NCBI GenBank assembly: GCA_963816185.1
Contig: CAWFJJ010000024.1
Span: 160,001 to 224,000, forward strand
Direction of reading: 5' to 3'
DNA from: Thermoanaerobaculia bacterium
GTDB lineage: Bacteria > Acidobacteriota > Thermoanaerobaculia > UBA5066
DNA: 64,000 bases
Positions 22,851 through 32,327 of the stretch are shown here, piece by piece. The translations under genes were made by a program, and so were the position numbers. Positions within the stretch are counted from its first letter, which is position 1, and each line of letters starts with the position of its first letter. The notes below the pieces were generated by a model. The model made no database searches and had not been told where the DNA came from. It saw nothing but the letters and a program-made list of their open reading frames with translations.

Positions 22851-24112
22851 CGGCGGCCACTCCCTCGACCGGCCTCGACGTCCTGCTGGCGGAAGGCGGG
22901 AGGGCGGCCGAGATTCTTCGAGGGAAGAGGATCGGACTTCTCGCGAATGCCGCCTCCGTGACGGCCGGCTTCGTCCCCGCGCCCCGCGCGCTCCTCGGTG
23001 CGGACTACGACGTGCGCGTCCTCTTCGGGCCCGAGCACGGCTTCTGGGGCGCGGCGCAGGACATGGAAGCGGTCGGGCCGGGAGAACCTTCCCGTCTGCC
23101 CGTTATTTCCCTTTACGGTGAGACGTTCGACGACCTGTCGCCGAAGGGCGAGCAACTCGAAAGCATCGACGCCGTCGTGTGCGATCTGCCCGACGTCGGG
23201 AGCCGCTACTACACGTTCGTGTGGACGACGGCGCTGATGATGAAGTCCTGCGCTGCGCGTGGAATTCCAGTCGTCGTCCTCGACCGGCCGAATCCGCTCG
23301 GCGGAGAGGCCGTCGAGGGCAACCTGCCCGAGAACAAGCTGCTCTCCTTCGTCGGTTTGTATCCGGTGCCGGTGCGCCATGGAATGACTCCGGGGGAGAT
23401 CGCGCGCTTCGTGAACGCCGAGCACGGCCTTCGCTGCGACCTCACGGTCGTGCCGATGAAGAGCGGCAAGAGGGTCGCGTCGCGCACGGAGATCGGGGAG
23501 ACGCGGCCCTGGGTGCTGCCGTCCCCGAACATGCCGGCACCCGAAACCGCATGGGTCTATCCCGGCGCCTGCCTCGTCGAGGGCACGAATCTCTCGGAAG
23601 GGCGGGGCACGACGCGCCCCTTCGAGCTCGTCGGGGCGCCGTGGCTTTCCGCCGACGACGCGGCGGATGCGGCGAACGCGCTCGGCCTGTCGGGCGTCGT
23701 CTTCCGGCCTCACGTCTTCAGGCCCACGTTCCAGAAGCACGCCGGAAAGACTTGCGGCGGCGTACAGGCGCACGTGACGGACCGCAGCGCGTTCCGGCCC
23801 TTCGAGGCGTATCTGCGCCTTCTGAAAGCCCTTTACGATCTCGATCCGGACCGCTTTCGCTGGCGGACGGAGACGTACGAATACCGCGACGACGTCCCGG
23901 CGATCGATCTCCTGACGGGCACCGCGACGTTCCGGCGCCTCGTGAGCGAAGGGGCGAGCCTGGACCCCTGGATCGGAAGCTTTCAGGCCGACGATCGCGC
24001 GATTCGCTCGGCAATGCGCGACCGCAGCCTGCTCTATCCCTTCGAAGAAATTCCCCGGTCGTCCTCCTCGTCACCGGCGCCCACGAATCCGGCAAGACGA
24101 CGGTCGCCGTGA
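22847..24112 (+). CDS. namZ: Exo-beta-N-acetylmuramidase NamZ (DUF1343)
   Basis: LFGPEHGFWG, DLPDVGSRYYTF, LDRPNP, RHGMTPGE, PSPNMP, EGTNLSEGRGTTRPFE; homology ends at LLYP near 24040. Confidence 0.88.
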   Translation: MTAATPSTGLDVLLAEGGRAAEILRGKRIGLLANAASVTAGFVPAPRALLGADYDVRVLFGPEHGFWGAAQDMEAVGPGEPSRLPVISLYGETFDDLSPKGEQLESIDAVVCDLPDVGSRYYTFVWTTALMMKSCAARGIPVVVLDRPNPLGGEAVEGNLPENKLLSFVGLYPVPVRHGMTPGEIARFVNAEHGLRCDLTVVPMKSGKRVASRTEIGETRPWVLPSPNMPAPETAWVYPGACLVEGTNLSEGRGTTRPFELVGAPWLSADDAADAANALGLSGVVFRPHVFRPTFQKHAGKTCGGVQAHVTDRSAFRPFEAYLRLLKALYDLDPDRFRWRTETYEYRDDVPAIDLLTGTATFRRLVSEGASLDPWIGSFQADDRAIRSAMRDRSLLYPFEEIPRSSSSSPAPTNPARRRSP

Positions 24113-24613
24113 AGCTCATCGAGGCGTTCGTGAAGGCCGGGCTCGAGTGTGGGCTCCCTCAAGCACACGGACCACGAGTACGAGACGGACGCCCCCGGCA
24201 AGGACTCGCAGCGCCACAAGGCGGCGGGCGCCGAACCCGCGGTCCTCGTCGCCGGGCGGAGAAGCGCGGTGCATCGCGGGCCATCGGAGACTTCTGCTTC
24301 GGACCCGGGTGCGGGCGCCGGCGAGGCTCGCGAGAGACCAGCTCTGTCCGTTTTCTTAGAAGGGGAATATGGGCTTGGCTCGTGTGACATCGTCGTCGTC
24401 GAGGGGTTCCGAAGCGAGGCGTATCCGAAGATCGAAGTCTGCCGCGCGGCCACTGGCCGCGCGGCACTCTGCGAGAACGATCCAAACGTCGTCGCCGTCG
24501 TGACCGACCGGCCGACGAATCACCCTTCTTCCATTCCCCGATTCACTTTCGAAGAAATCCCCGGTTCCCTTCTTCCCTTTCTAAGAAGATCTTCAATTCT
24601 CTTTTCTCTCTAA
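24058..24613 (+). CDS. mobB: Molybdopterin-guanine dinucleotide biosynthesis protein B (no own start codon; frameshift near 24150)
   Basis: Walker A motif VTGAHESGKTT, LKHTDH, GKDSQRH..AGA, DIVVVEGFR..PKIEV, VVAVVTD. Confidence 0.82.
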
Positions 24614-24652
24614 GAAATCCCCGGTCTTCTCCTCTTTCTAGGACAATCCCGG
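24546..24652 (+). repeat. Tandem copies of AAGAAATCCCCGGT with pyrimidine tracts
   Basis: GAAGAAATCCCCGGTTCCCTTCTTCCCTTTCTA at 24551 and TAAGAAATCCCCGGTCTTCTCCTCTTTCTA at 24611. Confidence 0.75.
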
Positions 24653-24656
24653 TTGT

Positions 24657-25610
24657 ATGAAAGCCATCCTCGTCCCCAAGCCCGGCGGACCCGAGGCGCT
24701 CGTCTGGGGTGAGACGCCCGATCCGGTGCCCGGCCCCGGCGAGGTCGTCGTGCGCGTGCGCGCGACAGCCGTAAACCGCGCGGACCTCCTGCAATCACAG
24801 GGCAAGTACCCACCGCCGCCGGGCGCGCCGGAGATCCTCGGGCTCGAGGCGGCCGGTGAGGTGGAGGGGACCGGAGAGCGCGTCTTCTTCCTGCTCGCCG
24901 GAGGCGGCTACGCCGAGAAAGTGGCGGTGCCGCGCGGCATGCTCATGCCGATTCCGCGCTCGCTCTCGTTCGCGGACGCAGCCGCGATTCCCGAGGCCTG
25001 GTTCACCGCGTACCTGAATCTGTTTCAGGAAGGCGGCCTCAGGGCGGGAGAGCGCGTTCTCGTCCACGCGGCCGGTTCGGGCGTCGGGACGGCCGCGATC
25101 CAGCTCGCGAGGCGCGCGGGCGCCTCCGTCGTCGCGACGGCGCGCAGCGCGAAGAAGTGTGTCGCGCTCGTGGCCCTCGGGGCGGACCTCGCCGTCGACA
25201 CGTCTCGCGAGGAGTTCCTGAGCCGCATCGAGCAGACCTTCGGCAAGGAGTCGGTGGACCTCATCCTCGATCCCGTGGGCGGCCCTCTCTTCGCGCCGAA
25301 CCTCAAGGCGCTCCGCCGCGGAGGACGGATCGTTCTCATCGCGAGCATGGCCGGGCCCTCGGCGCAGATCGACCTGCGGATCGTGCTCGTCAAGCGCTTG
25401 CGCATCATCGGATCGACCCTCCGAAGCCGGCCGGTCGCCGAGAAGATCGAGCTCACCGCCGGGTTCGTGAGAGACGTCCTGCCCGGCTTCGCGGACGGCT
25501 CGCTCCTCCCGGTCGTGGACCGGAGCTTCCCGCTGTCCGCGGCCGCCGAGGCCCACCGCCGCATGGCCGCGAACGAGAACGTGGGCAAGATCGTGCTCCT
25601 CGCGGACTGA
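24657..25610 (+). CDS. NAD(P)H-quinone oxidoreductase, PIG3 family
   Basis: VNRADLLQSQGKYPPPPGA, LGLEAAG, GGGYAE, IPEAWFTA, HAAGSGVGTAAIQ, GSTLRSR. Confidence 0.92.
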   Translation: MKAILVPKPGGPEALVWGETPDPVPGPGEVVVRVRATAVNRADLLQSQGKYPPPPGAPEILGLEAAGEVEGTGERVFFLLAGGGYAEKVAVPRGMLMPIPRSLSFADAAAIPEAWFTAYLNLFQEGGLRAGERVLVHAAGSGVGTAAIQLARRAGASVVATARSAKKCVALVALGADLAVDTSREEFLSRIEQTFGKESVDLILDPVGGPLFAPNLKALRRGGRIVLIASMAGPSAQIDLRIVLVKRLRIIGSTLRSRPVAEKIELTAGFVRDVLPGFADGSLLPVVDRSFPLSAAAEAHRRMAANENVGKIVLLAD

Positions 25611-25613
25611 GAC

Positions 25614-26273
25614 GTGGCGCCGCTTCCGTCCCATCCGCGCGCGGTCATCTTCGACCTCGACGGCACGCTCGTCGACGCCTACGCGGCGATCCACGAGTCG
25701 CTCGGCGTCGTCCTCGACGCGTTCGGCCGCCCGCCCATTTCGCGCGACGAGACGCGCCGGATGGTCGGCCACGGCCTCGAGGTGCTCGTCGCGAAGGCGG
25801 TGGGGAAGGAGAACGTCGCCGAAGGCGTGCGGCTCTTCCGCGAGCGCTACGAGAGGGTCGGGCTCGAGTCCACGAGGCTTCTGCCGGGTGCCGACCTCGT
25901 CACGCGGCGGCTGTTCGAGGGCGGCGTCCACCTCGCGATCGCCTCCAACAAGCCGGGCCGCTTCACGCGGCCGCTTCTCGAGTGGCTCGGGCTCGCGAGC
26001 CGCTTCGGGTTCGTCGCGGGGCCCGACGACGGTTTTCCGCCGAAACCCGCGCCGCACATGGTCCTCATGGCGCTGGCCCATCTCGCCATCCCGGGGCGCG
26101 ACGCGGTGTTCGTGGGGGACATGCCGATCGACGTCGCGACCGCACGGGCGGCCGAACTTCCCATCATCGCACTTCCGAGCGGCAGCGCGACCCGAAAAGA
26201 GCTCGAAGCCTGCTCTCCGGACGCGATCGTCGAAAACCTCGAGGATCTTCTGCCTCTCCTTCTGGCCTCGTAG
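25614..26273 (+). CDS. HAD-superfamily phosphatase (Gph-like)
   Basis: IFDLDGTLVD, IASNK, KPAP, FVGDMPIDV. Confidence 0.88.
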   Translation: MAPLPSHPRAVIFDLDGTLVDAYAAIHESLGVVLDAFGRPPISRDETRRMVGHGLEVLVAKAVGKENVAEGVRLFRERYERVGLESTRLLPGADLVTRRLFEGGVHLAIASNKPGRFTRPLLEWLGLASRFGFVAGPDDGFPPKPAPHMVLMALAHLAIPGRDAVFVGDMPIDVATARAAELPIIALPSGSATRKELEACSPDAIVENLEDLLPLLLAS

Positions 26274-26283
26274 AATCCCGAAC

Positions 26284-27411
26284 ATGACAAACTTCGATTC
26301 GACCGCCGGCTCTCCCGGCCAGGTGCGCTTCTTCAACCCCGGCCCCGTCTGGGTGAGGCCGCAGGTGATGCACGCGCTGACCGGCCCCATGCTCTCCCAC
26401 CGCTCACAGGCCTTCATGGACCTTTACGGACGCATCCTCGAGAAGCTTCCGAAGGTCTTCCGAACGGCGCGCACGGCCCACACCCTCGCGACCTCGGCGA
26501 CCGGCGTCTGGGAATCGGCGCTCGTCTCCTGCGTCGAGGGCCCCGTTCTCGCGCTTTCCAACGGAGCCTTCTCCGGAAAATGGGGCGAAATGGCTACGCG
26601 CCTCGGCCTCGAGGCCGACGTTCTGAAGTTCGAGTGGGGCGAGTCCGTCAAGCCCGACGCCGTGAAGAAGAAGCTCGCGGAGAAGAAATACGCCGCGGTA
26701 ACCGTCGTTCACAGCGAGACCTCCACGGGCGTGATCTCGGACCTCGCCGCGATCGCGAAGGTCGTCCACGAGAACTCCGACGCTCTCCTCTTCGCCGACG
26801 CCGTGACGTCCGTCGCCGGAACGCGCGTCGAGACCGATGAGTGGGGTCTCGACGTCGTCCTCACGGGCTCGCAGAAAGCCTTCGCGCTTCCGCCCGGGCT
26901 CGCGCTCTTCGCCGTTTCCGAGCGTGCGATGGCGGCGGCGAAGAAGAAGAAATTCCGCGGGCTGTATCTCGACCTCGTGGACATCGAGGCGTACGCGGCC
27001 AAGAAACAGACACCGACGACGCCATGCCTGCCGCTCCTCTACGCCCTCGACGTTCAGCTCGACCACATCCTCACCGAGGGGATCGAGAACCGGTGGGCGC
27101 GGCACGGCGCGATGCGAAAAGCCGTCGAGGATTGGGCGGCGAAGAACGGTTTCCGCGTCTTCGCGGAGGCGGGCGCGCATTCGCCCACCGTCACGTCGCT
27201 CATCCCGCCGGAGGGTGTCAATCCGGAAGAGCTGAACAAGACGCTCCGGGGCATGAAGTGGACCACGGGCTCCGGCTACGGAAAACTGAAGCCGACGAAC
27301 GTGCGCATCGGCCACATGGGCGACGTGGACGTCGCCTCCGTGGAGGCCTACCTGAAGGCTCACGAGGAGGCCATGGCCTCCATGCGGTCGAAGGCGGGCA
27401 GCGCTGCGTGA
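26284..27411 (+). CDS. Class V PLP aminotransferase (serine-pyruvate/alanine-glyoxylate type)
   Basis: FNPGPV, SHRS, VHSETSTG, DAVTS, TGSQKAFALPPG, RIGHMG. Confidence 0.92.
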   Translation: MTNFDSTAGSPGQVRFFNPGPVWVRPQVMHALTGPMLSHRSQAFMDLYGRILEKLPKVFRTARTAHTLATSATGVWESALVSCVEGPVLALSNGAFSGKWGEMATRLGLEADVLKFEWGESVKPDAVKKKLAEKKYAAVTVVHSETSTGVISDLAAIAKVVHENSDALLFADAVTSVAGTRVETDEWGLDVVLTGSQKAFALPPGLALFAVSERAMAAAKKKKFRGLYLDLVDIEAYAAKKQTPTTPCLPLLYALDVQLDHILTEGIENRWARHGAMRKAVEDWAAKNGFRVFAEAGAHSPTVTSLIPPEGVNPEELNKTLRGMKWTTGSGYGKLKPTNVRIGHMGDVDVASVEAYLKAHEEAMASMRSKAGSAA

Positions 27412-28985
27412 CGGGTCAGCGCGTTCTCATCGCCGAGCCGCTTTCGAAGACGGGTCTTGCCGTCCTTGCGAAGGAAGGACTTGCCGCGGACGTCCGCACC
27501 GATCTCTCCCGTGACGCTCTTCTCGCCGCGATCGGCGACTACGACGCCCTCGTCGTGCGCTCGGCCACGCAGGTGGACCGCGAGCTCCTGACCGCCGGAA
27601 AGAAGCTCCGCGTCGTCGGCCGGGCGGGAGTCGGCCTCGACAACGTCGACGTCAAGGCCGCCACCGAGCTCGGCGTCCTCGTCGTCAACGCTCCGTCCGG
27701 GAACGTCGTCTCCGCGGCGGAGCATGCGATCGCCCTCCTTCTCGCGTTCCTGCGCAAGATTCCGGAGGCACAGACTTCGCTGAAAGGCGGGGAATGGAAG
27801 CGCACGAAGTTCGTCGGAACGGAGCTGCAGGGCAAAACGGTCGGCCTCGTGGGCCTCGGACAGGTGGGGGCCCGCGTGGCCGCGCGTCTGCGCCCCTGGC
27901 ACGTCACGCTCCTCGCGTTCGACCCGTACGTGACGCCGGAGCGCACCGCCGAGCTCGGCGTGACGCGCGTCTCGCTGGACGAGCTGCTCGCGAGGTCCGA
28001 CGTCGTTTCGCTTCACGCCCCGGGCGGCTCGGAGACGAAGCACCTCATCGGAGAGAGGCAGCTCGCGGCGATGAAGCCGGGCGCGATCCTCGTGAACTGC
28101 GCGCGCGGCCCTCTCGTGGACGAGGCGGCGCTCGTCAGCGCGCTCGACTCCGGGCACCTCGCGGGCGCGGCTCTCGACGTCTTCTCCGTGGAGCCGCCGA
28201 AGGATTTCTCTCTCATGAAGCACCCGAGAGTGCTTTGCACGCCGCATCTCGGCGCGTCCACCGTCGAAGCGCAGGACCGGGTTGCGGTCGAGACGGTCGA
28301 GATGCTCGCCGAGGCCTTGAAAGGCTCGCCGTTCGTCGCAGCGGTGAACCTGCCGTTTCCCGCCGGGGGCGACCCGCACGCGGCGCTTCCCTGGATGCGT
28401 CTCGCCGAGACGGTCGGCGCTTTCGTGGGGCAGTCGATGCCCGAGGCGCCGAAGCACCTCACCGTCACGCTCGCGGGGATTCCCGAGGCGATCCGAAAAG
28501 CGTGCGTCGTCGCCGCCGTGAAGGGCGTCGTCTCGACGTTCGCCGAAGGCGTCAATATCGTGAACGCGGTCTCGCTCGCGAAGCTGAACGGAATCTCGGT
28601 CTCGGACTCGGTGCGCGAGGATGCGGGAGGCTACGCGAGTCTCGTCAGCGTCGCCGCGGGCGACCGGAGCGCGTCGGGAACGCTCTTCGGCGACGGGCCC
28701 GGGCGGATCGTGGCCGTCAACGGCCTCGCTCTCGAGTTCTCGCCCGAGGGGACGCTCCTCGTGATCGCGAACCGGGACGTGCCGGGGGTCGTCGGGCGCA
28801 TCGGAACGCTGCTCGGGTCGCGCGGGGTCAACATCTCGGATCTCGCTCTCGCCCGGGGGCGGGATGGCCGGGCGGCCGCCGTCGTCCGCATCGACTCGCC
28901 GGACGGCGCGATCGGACAGGATCTCGTCCGGGCGGTCTCGACGCTCGACGGCATCGATTCGGCGCGGCTCGTGACGCTCGGGTGA
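27408..28985 (+). CDS. serA: D-3-phosphoglycerate dehydrogenase (long form with ACT domain)
   Basis: VRSATQV, GRAGVGLDNVD, GLGQVG, NCARG, TPHLGASTVEAQ, NRDVPGVVGRIG. Confidence 0.95.
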   Translation: MTGQRVLIAEPLSKTGLAVLAKEGLAADVRTDLSRDALLAAIGDYDALVVRSATQVDRELLTAGKKLRVVGRAGVGLDNVDVKAATELGVLVVNAPSGNVVSAAEHAIALLLAFLRKIPEAQTSLKGGEWKRTKFVGTELQGKTVGLVGLGQVGARVAARLRPWHVTLLAFDPYVTPERTAELGVTRVSLDELLARSDVVSLHAPGGSETKHLIGERQLAAMKPGAILVNCARGPLVDEAALVSALDSGHLAGAALDVFSVEPPKDFSLMKHPRVLCTPHLGASTVEAQDRVAVETVEMLAEALKGSPFVAAVNLPFPAGGDPHAALPWMRLAETVGAFVGQSMPEAPKHLTVTLAGIPEAIRKACVVAAVKGVVSTFAEGVNIVNAVSLAKLNGISVSDSVREDAGGYASLVSVAAGDRSASGTLFGDGPGRIVAVNGLALEFSPEGTLLVIANRDVPGVVGRIGTLLGSRGVNISDLALARGRDGRAAAVVRIDSPDGAIGQDLVRAVSTLDGIDSARLVTLG

Positions 28986-28989
28986 GCGC

Positions 28990-30111
28990 ATGAGCTCGGC
29001 GCCCCGCGTCCGCGTGCGCCGGCGAGTCGGCGTCGTCTTCGGCGGCCCGTCTCGCGAGCACGGCGTGTCGTTCGTTTCGGCGGCATGCCTTCTCGAGAAC
29101 CTTCCCAAGAAGACGTACGAGGCGATTCCGCTCTTCGTCGGGAAGGATGCGGTCTGGCACGGGCCGTCCGCCTCGAAGGCCGAGCTCGAACGACAGCTCT
29201 CACGTCCCTCGAAGGAGCTGCTCCTCGACGGCATCAAGCCGGGCCACCGGGCGGCTCGCACGCCGGAGATCGTGGATTCGTTCTTCAGCGCCTGGCACGC
29301 GGCGGGGGCGGAGGTTCTCTTTCCGATCGTGCACGGGACGTTCGGCGAGGACGGAGTCCTGCAGGGCCTGCTTGAGTCGCTCGGGATCCCATACGTGGGC
29401 TTCGGCGTCGCGGCCTCGGCCGTGGGCATGGACAAGATTTTCATGAAGGCCGCCTATGCCGCGGCCGGGCTGCCTCAAGTGCAGTACGTCGCCTTCTCTC
29501 GCGCCGAGTGGACGTCGGACCATAGCCAGGCGTCGATCGTCGATCGCGCAAGCCACCTGGGATTCCCGCTCTTCGTCAAGCCGGCGTGCGCGGGCTCGTC
29601 GGTGGGCGTCTCGAAAGTCAAATCCGAAGCCGGGTTCGAATCCGCTGTCGAGGACGCGCTCCTCGTGGACGGGCGCGTTCTGGCGGAGAGGGGAGTGGAT
29701 GCCCGCGAGATCGAATGCTCTGTCCTCGAAGGCGAGCCGGGCCGGCCGACGGAAGCCTCCCTTCCGGGGGAGATCGTGCCGGGCCGCGAGTTCTACGATT
29801 ACGAAGACAAGTACATCGGCACGCTCTCGCGCTCGATCATCCCGGCCGACCTGCCCGTGTCCTTCCGGGAAGAGGTCCGAGGCCTCGCGGTCCGCGCGTT
29901 CGACGTCCTCGGCGGCGCCGGCTTCGCGCGCGTGGACTTCTTCCTCGAGCGCGGCACGCACCGGCTCCTCGTGAACGAGATCAACTCCCTGCCGGGCTTC
30001 ACGCCCATCTCGATGTTTCCGAAAATGTGGGAAGCCACGGGGCTGCCGCTGCCCAAGCTCCTCGACCGTCTCGTCAAGAGCGCGTTCCAACGGCCGGTAC
30101 GCGGGCGCTGA
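28990..30111 (+). CDS. ddl: D-alanine--D-alanine ligase
   Basis: FGGPSREHGVS, HGTFGEDG, MDK, VKPACAGSSVG, FYDYEDKY, ARVDFF, NEINSLPG. Confidence 0.95.
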   Translation: MSSAPRVRVRRRVGVVFGGPSREHGVSFVSAACLLENLPKKTYEAIPLFVGKDAVWHGPSASKAELERQLSRPSKELLLDGIKPGHRAARTPEIVDSFFSAWHAAGAEVLFPIVHGTFGEDGVLQGLLESLGIPYVGFGVAASAVGMDKIFMKAAYAAAGLPQVQYVAFSRAEWTSDHSQASIVDRASHLGFPLFVKPACAGSSVGVSKVKSEAGFESAVEDALLVDGRVLAERGVDAREIECSVLEGEPGRPTEASLPGEIVPGREFYDYEDKYIGTLSRSIIPADLPVSFREEVRGLAVRAFDVLGGAGFARVDFFLERGTHRLLVNEINSLPGFTPISMFPKMWEATGLPLPKLLDRLVKSAFQRPVRGR

Positions 30112-30139
30112 CGACCACCAGGCGGGTCGGGCCCTGACC

Positions 30140-30871
30140 TTACCGATAGATGACGATGACTCCCGCGAGGCCCATCTCGCCGAGGGACTCACGAGCAGCT
30201 TCGGCCTCTTCGCGCGTCTTGTAAGGGCCGAACTTCACCCGCTTGAGCCCGCGATATTCCTCGATGTACGGGTTCGGGTAGCGCGCGGCGAGGCGGTTGC
30301 GAAGGCGGACCGCGTTCGCCTCGTCGCCGAACGCGCCGGCCTGGACGGCGAACGCGCCGACCTGCGCGTCGAACGCCCCTGACTCTGGACGGATTGCCGT
30401 ATTCGCGGCGGTCACGGGCGGCGGTTCGTCGGAGCCAGCCCGGACGCGGAAGTTGTCGCCGAGAGTCACGACGCGCAGCGTGATGGGTACGACGCCGTCT
30501 CCGACGGAGGCGATCTCCCGGGCGGCCGCCTTCGAGAGATCCAGGATGCGCCCCGCGACGAACGGCCCGCGGTCGTTGATCCTCACGCGGACGGTCTTCC
30601 CGTTCTTCTCGTTCGTCACGTCCACGACCGTGCCCAAAGGCAGCGTCCGGTGGGCGGCGGAGATCTTCTCGGGCCGGAACGTCTCGCCCGAGGCCGTCGG
30701 CAGCCCGTCGAACTCCTTCCCGTACCACGACGCGTAGCCGCGCTCGGAAGCGGGGAAGGTGACGGAAACGGGTGGCGCAGTTGCCTTCGGAGCGGACGAG
30801 CACGCAAGGATGGAGAGTCCGAAGAGGACGAGAGAGATTTCTTTGAAAGGAAATGGGGCGGGATGCTTCAG
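30140..30871 (-). CDS. rlpA: Septal ring lytic transglycosylase RlpA lipoprotein with SPOR domain (apparent CTG start)
   Basis: Lipobox ILAC, GYASWYG, TASGE, AAHRTLPLG, RINDRGPF, ILDLS, SPOR motif VQAGAF. Confidence 0.9.
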   Translation of the reverse strand: MKHPAPFPFKEISLVLFGLSILACSSAPKATAPPVSVTFPASERGYASWYGKEFDGLPTASGETFRPEKISAAHRTLPLGTVVDVTNEKNGKTVRVRINDRGPFVAGRILDLSKAAAREIASVGDGVVPITLRVVTLGDNFRVRAGSDEPPPVTAANTAIRPESGAFDAQVGAFAVQAGAFGDEANAVRLRNRLAARYPNPYIEEYRGLKRVKFGPYKTREEAEAARESLGEMGLAGVIVIYR

Positions 30872-32322
30872 ACCCGAACCTCTTCGCGCGTCTCGCCGGA
30901 GGCGGCCTCGGGATCGGTCGCGAGGATGGGATCGATCTCGATCTCGAGGAACTCGTCTACCTGCTCGGGCGCGCGCCCGATGAACCGCGCAGGCTCGGAG
31001 GCGGCGATGACCTCGGCGGGCGTGAGGCCGAAAGCCGGGTCGCTTGCGATGCGGAACAGCAGGTCGTTCTCGCCGCCTTCGGCCTTCATGCGGTCGCCCG
31101 CGGCCTGCGTGAGAACGCGCAGCCTCTCGTGGAGAGCCTGTCGGTCGCCGCCCTTCTTGGAGGCGGCCATGAGGATGTTCTCCGTGGCCAGGAACGGCAG
31201 CTCCGCGTCGAGGCGGCGCCTCACGACGGCCGGATGCACGACGAGCCCGTCCGTCACGGCATCCCAGAGGAGAAGGATCGAGTCGGCGGTGAGGAACGAT
31301 TCGCCGAGCGCGAGGCGCCGGTTCGCGGAGTCGTCGAGCGTCCTCTCGAACCACTGCGTCGCGTGCGTCCAGTTCCCGTTGTCCGAGATCGAGAGGAGCC
31401 AGCGTGCGAGAGCGTTCATCCTTTCGCACTTCATCGGGTTGCGCTTGTAAGGCATCGCCGACGAGCCGACCTGCTTGGCGCCGAACGGCTCCTCGACTTC
31501 CTTGAGGTGCTGGAGCAGCCGGACGTCGTTGCCGAACTTCGAGGCCGAGGCCGCGAGGCCGGCGAGGGCCGACAGGACGAGAGCGTCCTGCTTTCGCGTA
31601 TAGGTCTGACCGGAAATCAGGAGGCGGTCGGTGAAACCCGCCTTCATGGCCACGATGCGGTCGAGGCGCTCGGCTTTGTCGGCGTCGCCGTCGAAAAGCG
31701 CGACGAACGACGCCTGTGTGCCCGTGGCTCCCTTACAGCCCAGAAAACGCAGCTCGTCCGCGCGGCGGACGAGCTCGCGGTGGTCGAGGGCGAGATCCTG
31801 GAGCCAGAGGCACGCCCGCTTGCCGACTGTCGTGGGCTGCGCGGCCTGGAAGTGCGTGAAGCCGAGGCAGGGGAGGTCGCGGTAGGCGCGCGCGAACCGC
31901 GCCAGGCGGCCGATGACGCGCACCGTTCGCGTCGCGAGGAGGCGCAAGGCCGCGCGAAGGAGGAGGAGGTCGGCGTTGTCGCCCACGAAGGCCGAGGTCG
32001 CCCCGAGGTGCAGGACCCCGCGCGCGGCGGGCGCGACGTCGCCGAGCGCGTGCAGGTGCGCCATGACGTCATGTTTCGTTTCGCGCTCGTACCCGTCGGC
32101 GGCTGCGAGCTCGGCCTCGGTCGGCACGAGGTGGGCACGAAGCGCGTCGAGCGAGGCCTCCGGGATCGGAAGCCCGAGCTCTCTCTCGGCCTCGGCCAGC
32201 CAGAGCCAGAGCCTGCGCCAGGTCGTGAATTTCGAACGCGCCGAGAACAGCGCGGACATCTCGGCGGACGCGTATCGGCTCGTGAGCGGGTTCTCGTACC
32301 GGTCGATGGGAGAGTCGCTCAC
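30868..32322 (-). CDS. purB: Adenylosuccinate lyase
   Basis: NPLTSRYAS, HDVMAH, LHLGATS, GFTHFQAAQ, GSSAMPYKRNPM, ERTLDDSANRR. Confidence 0.96.
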   Translation of the reverse strand: MSDSPIDRYENPLTSRYASAEMSALFSARSKFTTWRRLWLWLAEAERELGLPIPEASLDALRAHLVPTEAELAAADGYERETKHDVMAHLHALGDVAPAARGVLHLGATSAFVGDNADLLLLRAALRLLATRTVRVIGRLARFARAYRDLPCLGFTHFQAAQPTTVGKRACLWLQDLALDHRELVRRADELRFLGCKGATGTQASFVALFDGDADKAERLDRIVAMKAGFTDRLLISGQTYTRKQDALVLSALAGLAASASKFGNDVRLLQHLKEVEEPFGAKQVGSSAMPYKRNPMKCERMNALARWLLSISDNGNWTHATQWFERTLDDSANRRLALGESFLTADSILLLWDAVTDGLVVHPAVVRRRLDAELPFLATENILMAASKKGGDRQALHERLRVLTQAAGDRMKAEGGENDLLFRIASDPAFGLTPAEVIAASEPARFIGRAPEQVDEFLEIEIDPILATDPEAASGETREEVRV

Positions 32323-32327
32323 CTATA

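Noticed and set aside
57-24200. Programmed frameshifting or mass pseudogenisation
   Set aside because: Indels show no common slippery site, hit core genes and fade along the contig, which fits sequencing error.
24546-24652. CRISPR array
   Set aside because: Only two to three degenerate units with low-complexity spacers and no cas genes.
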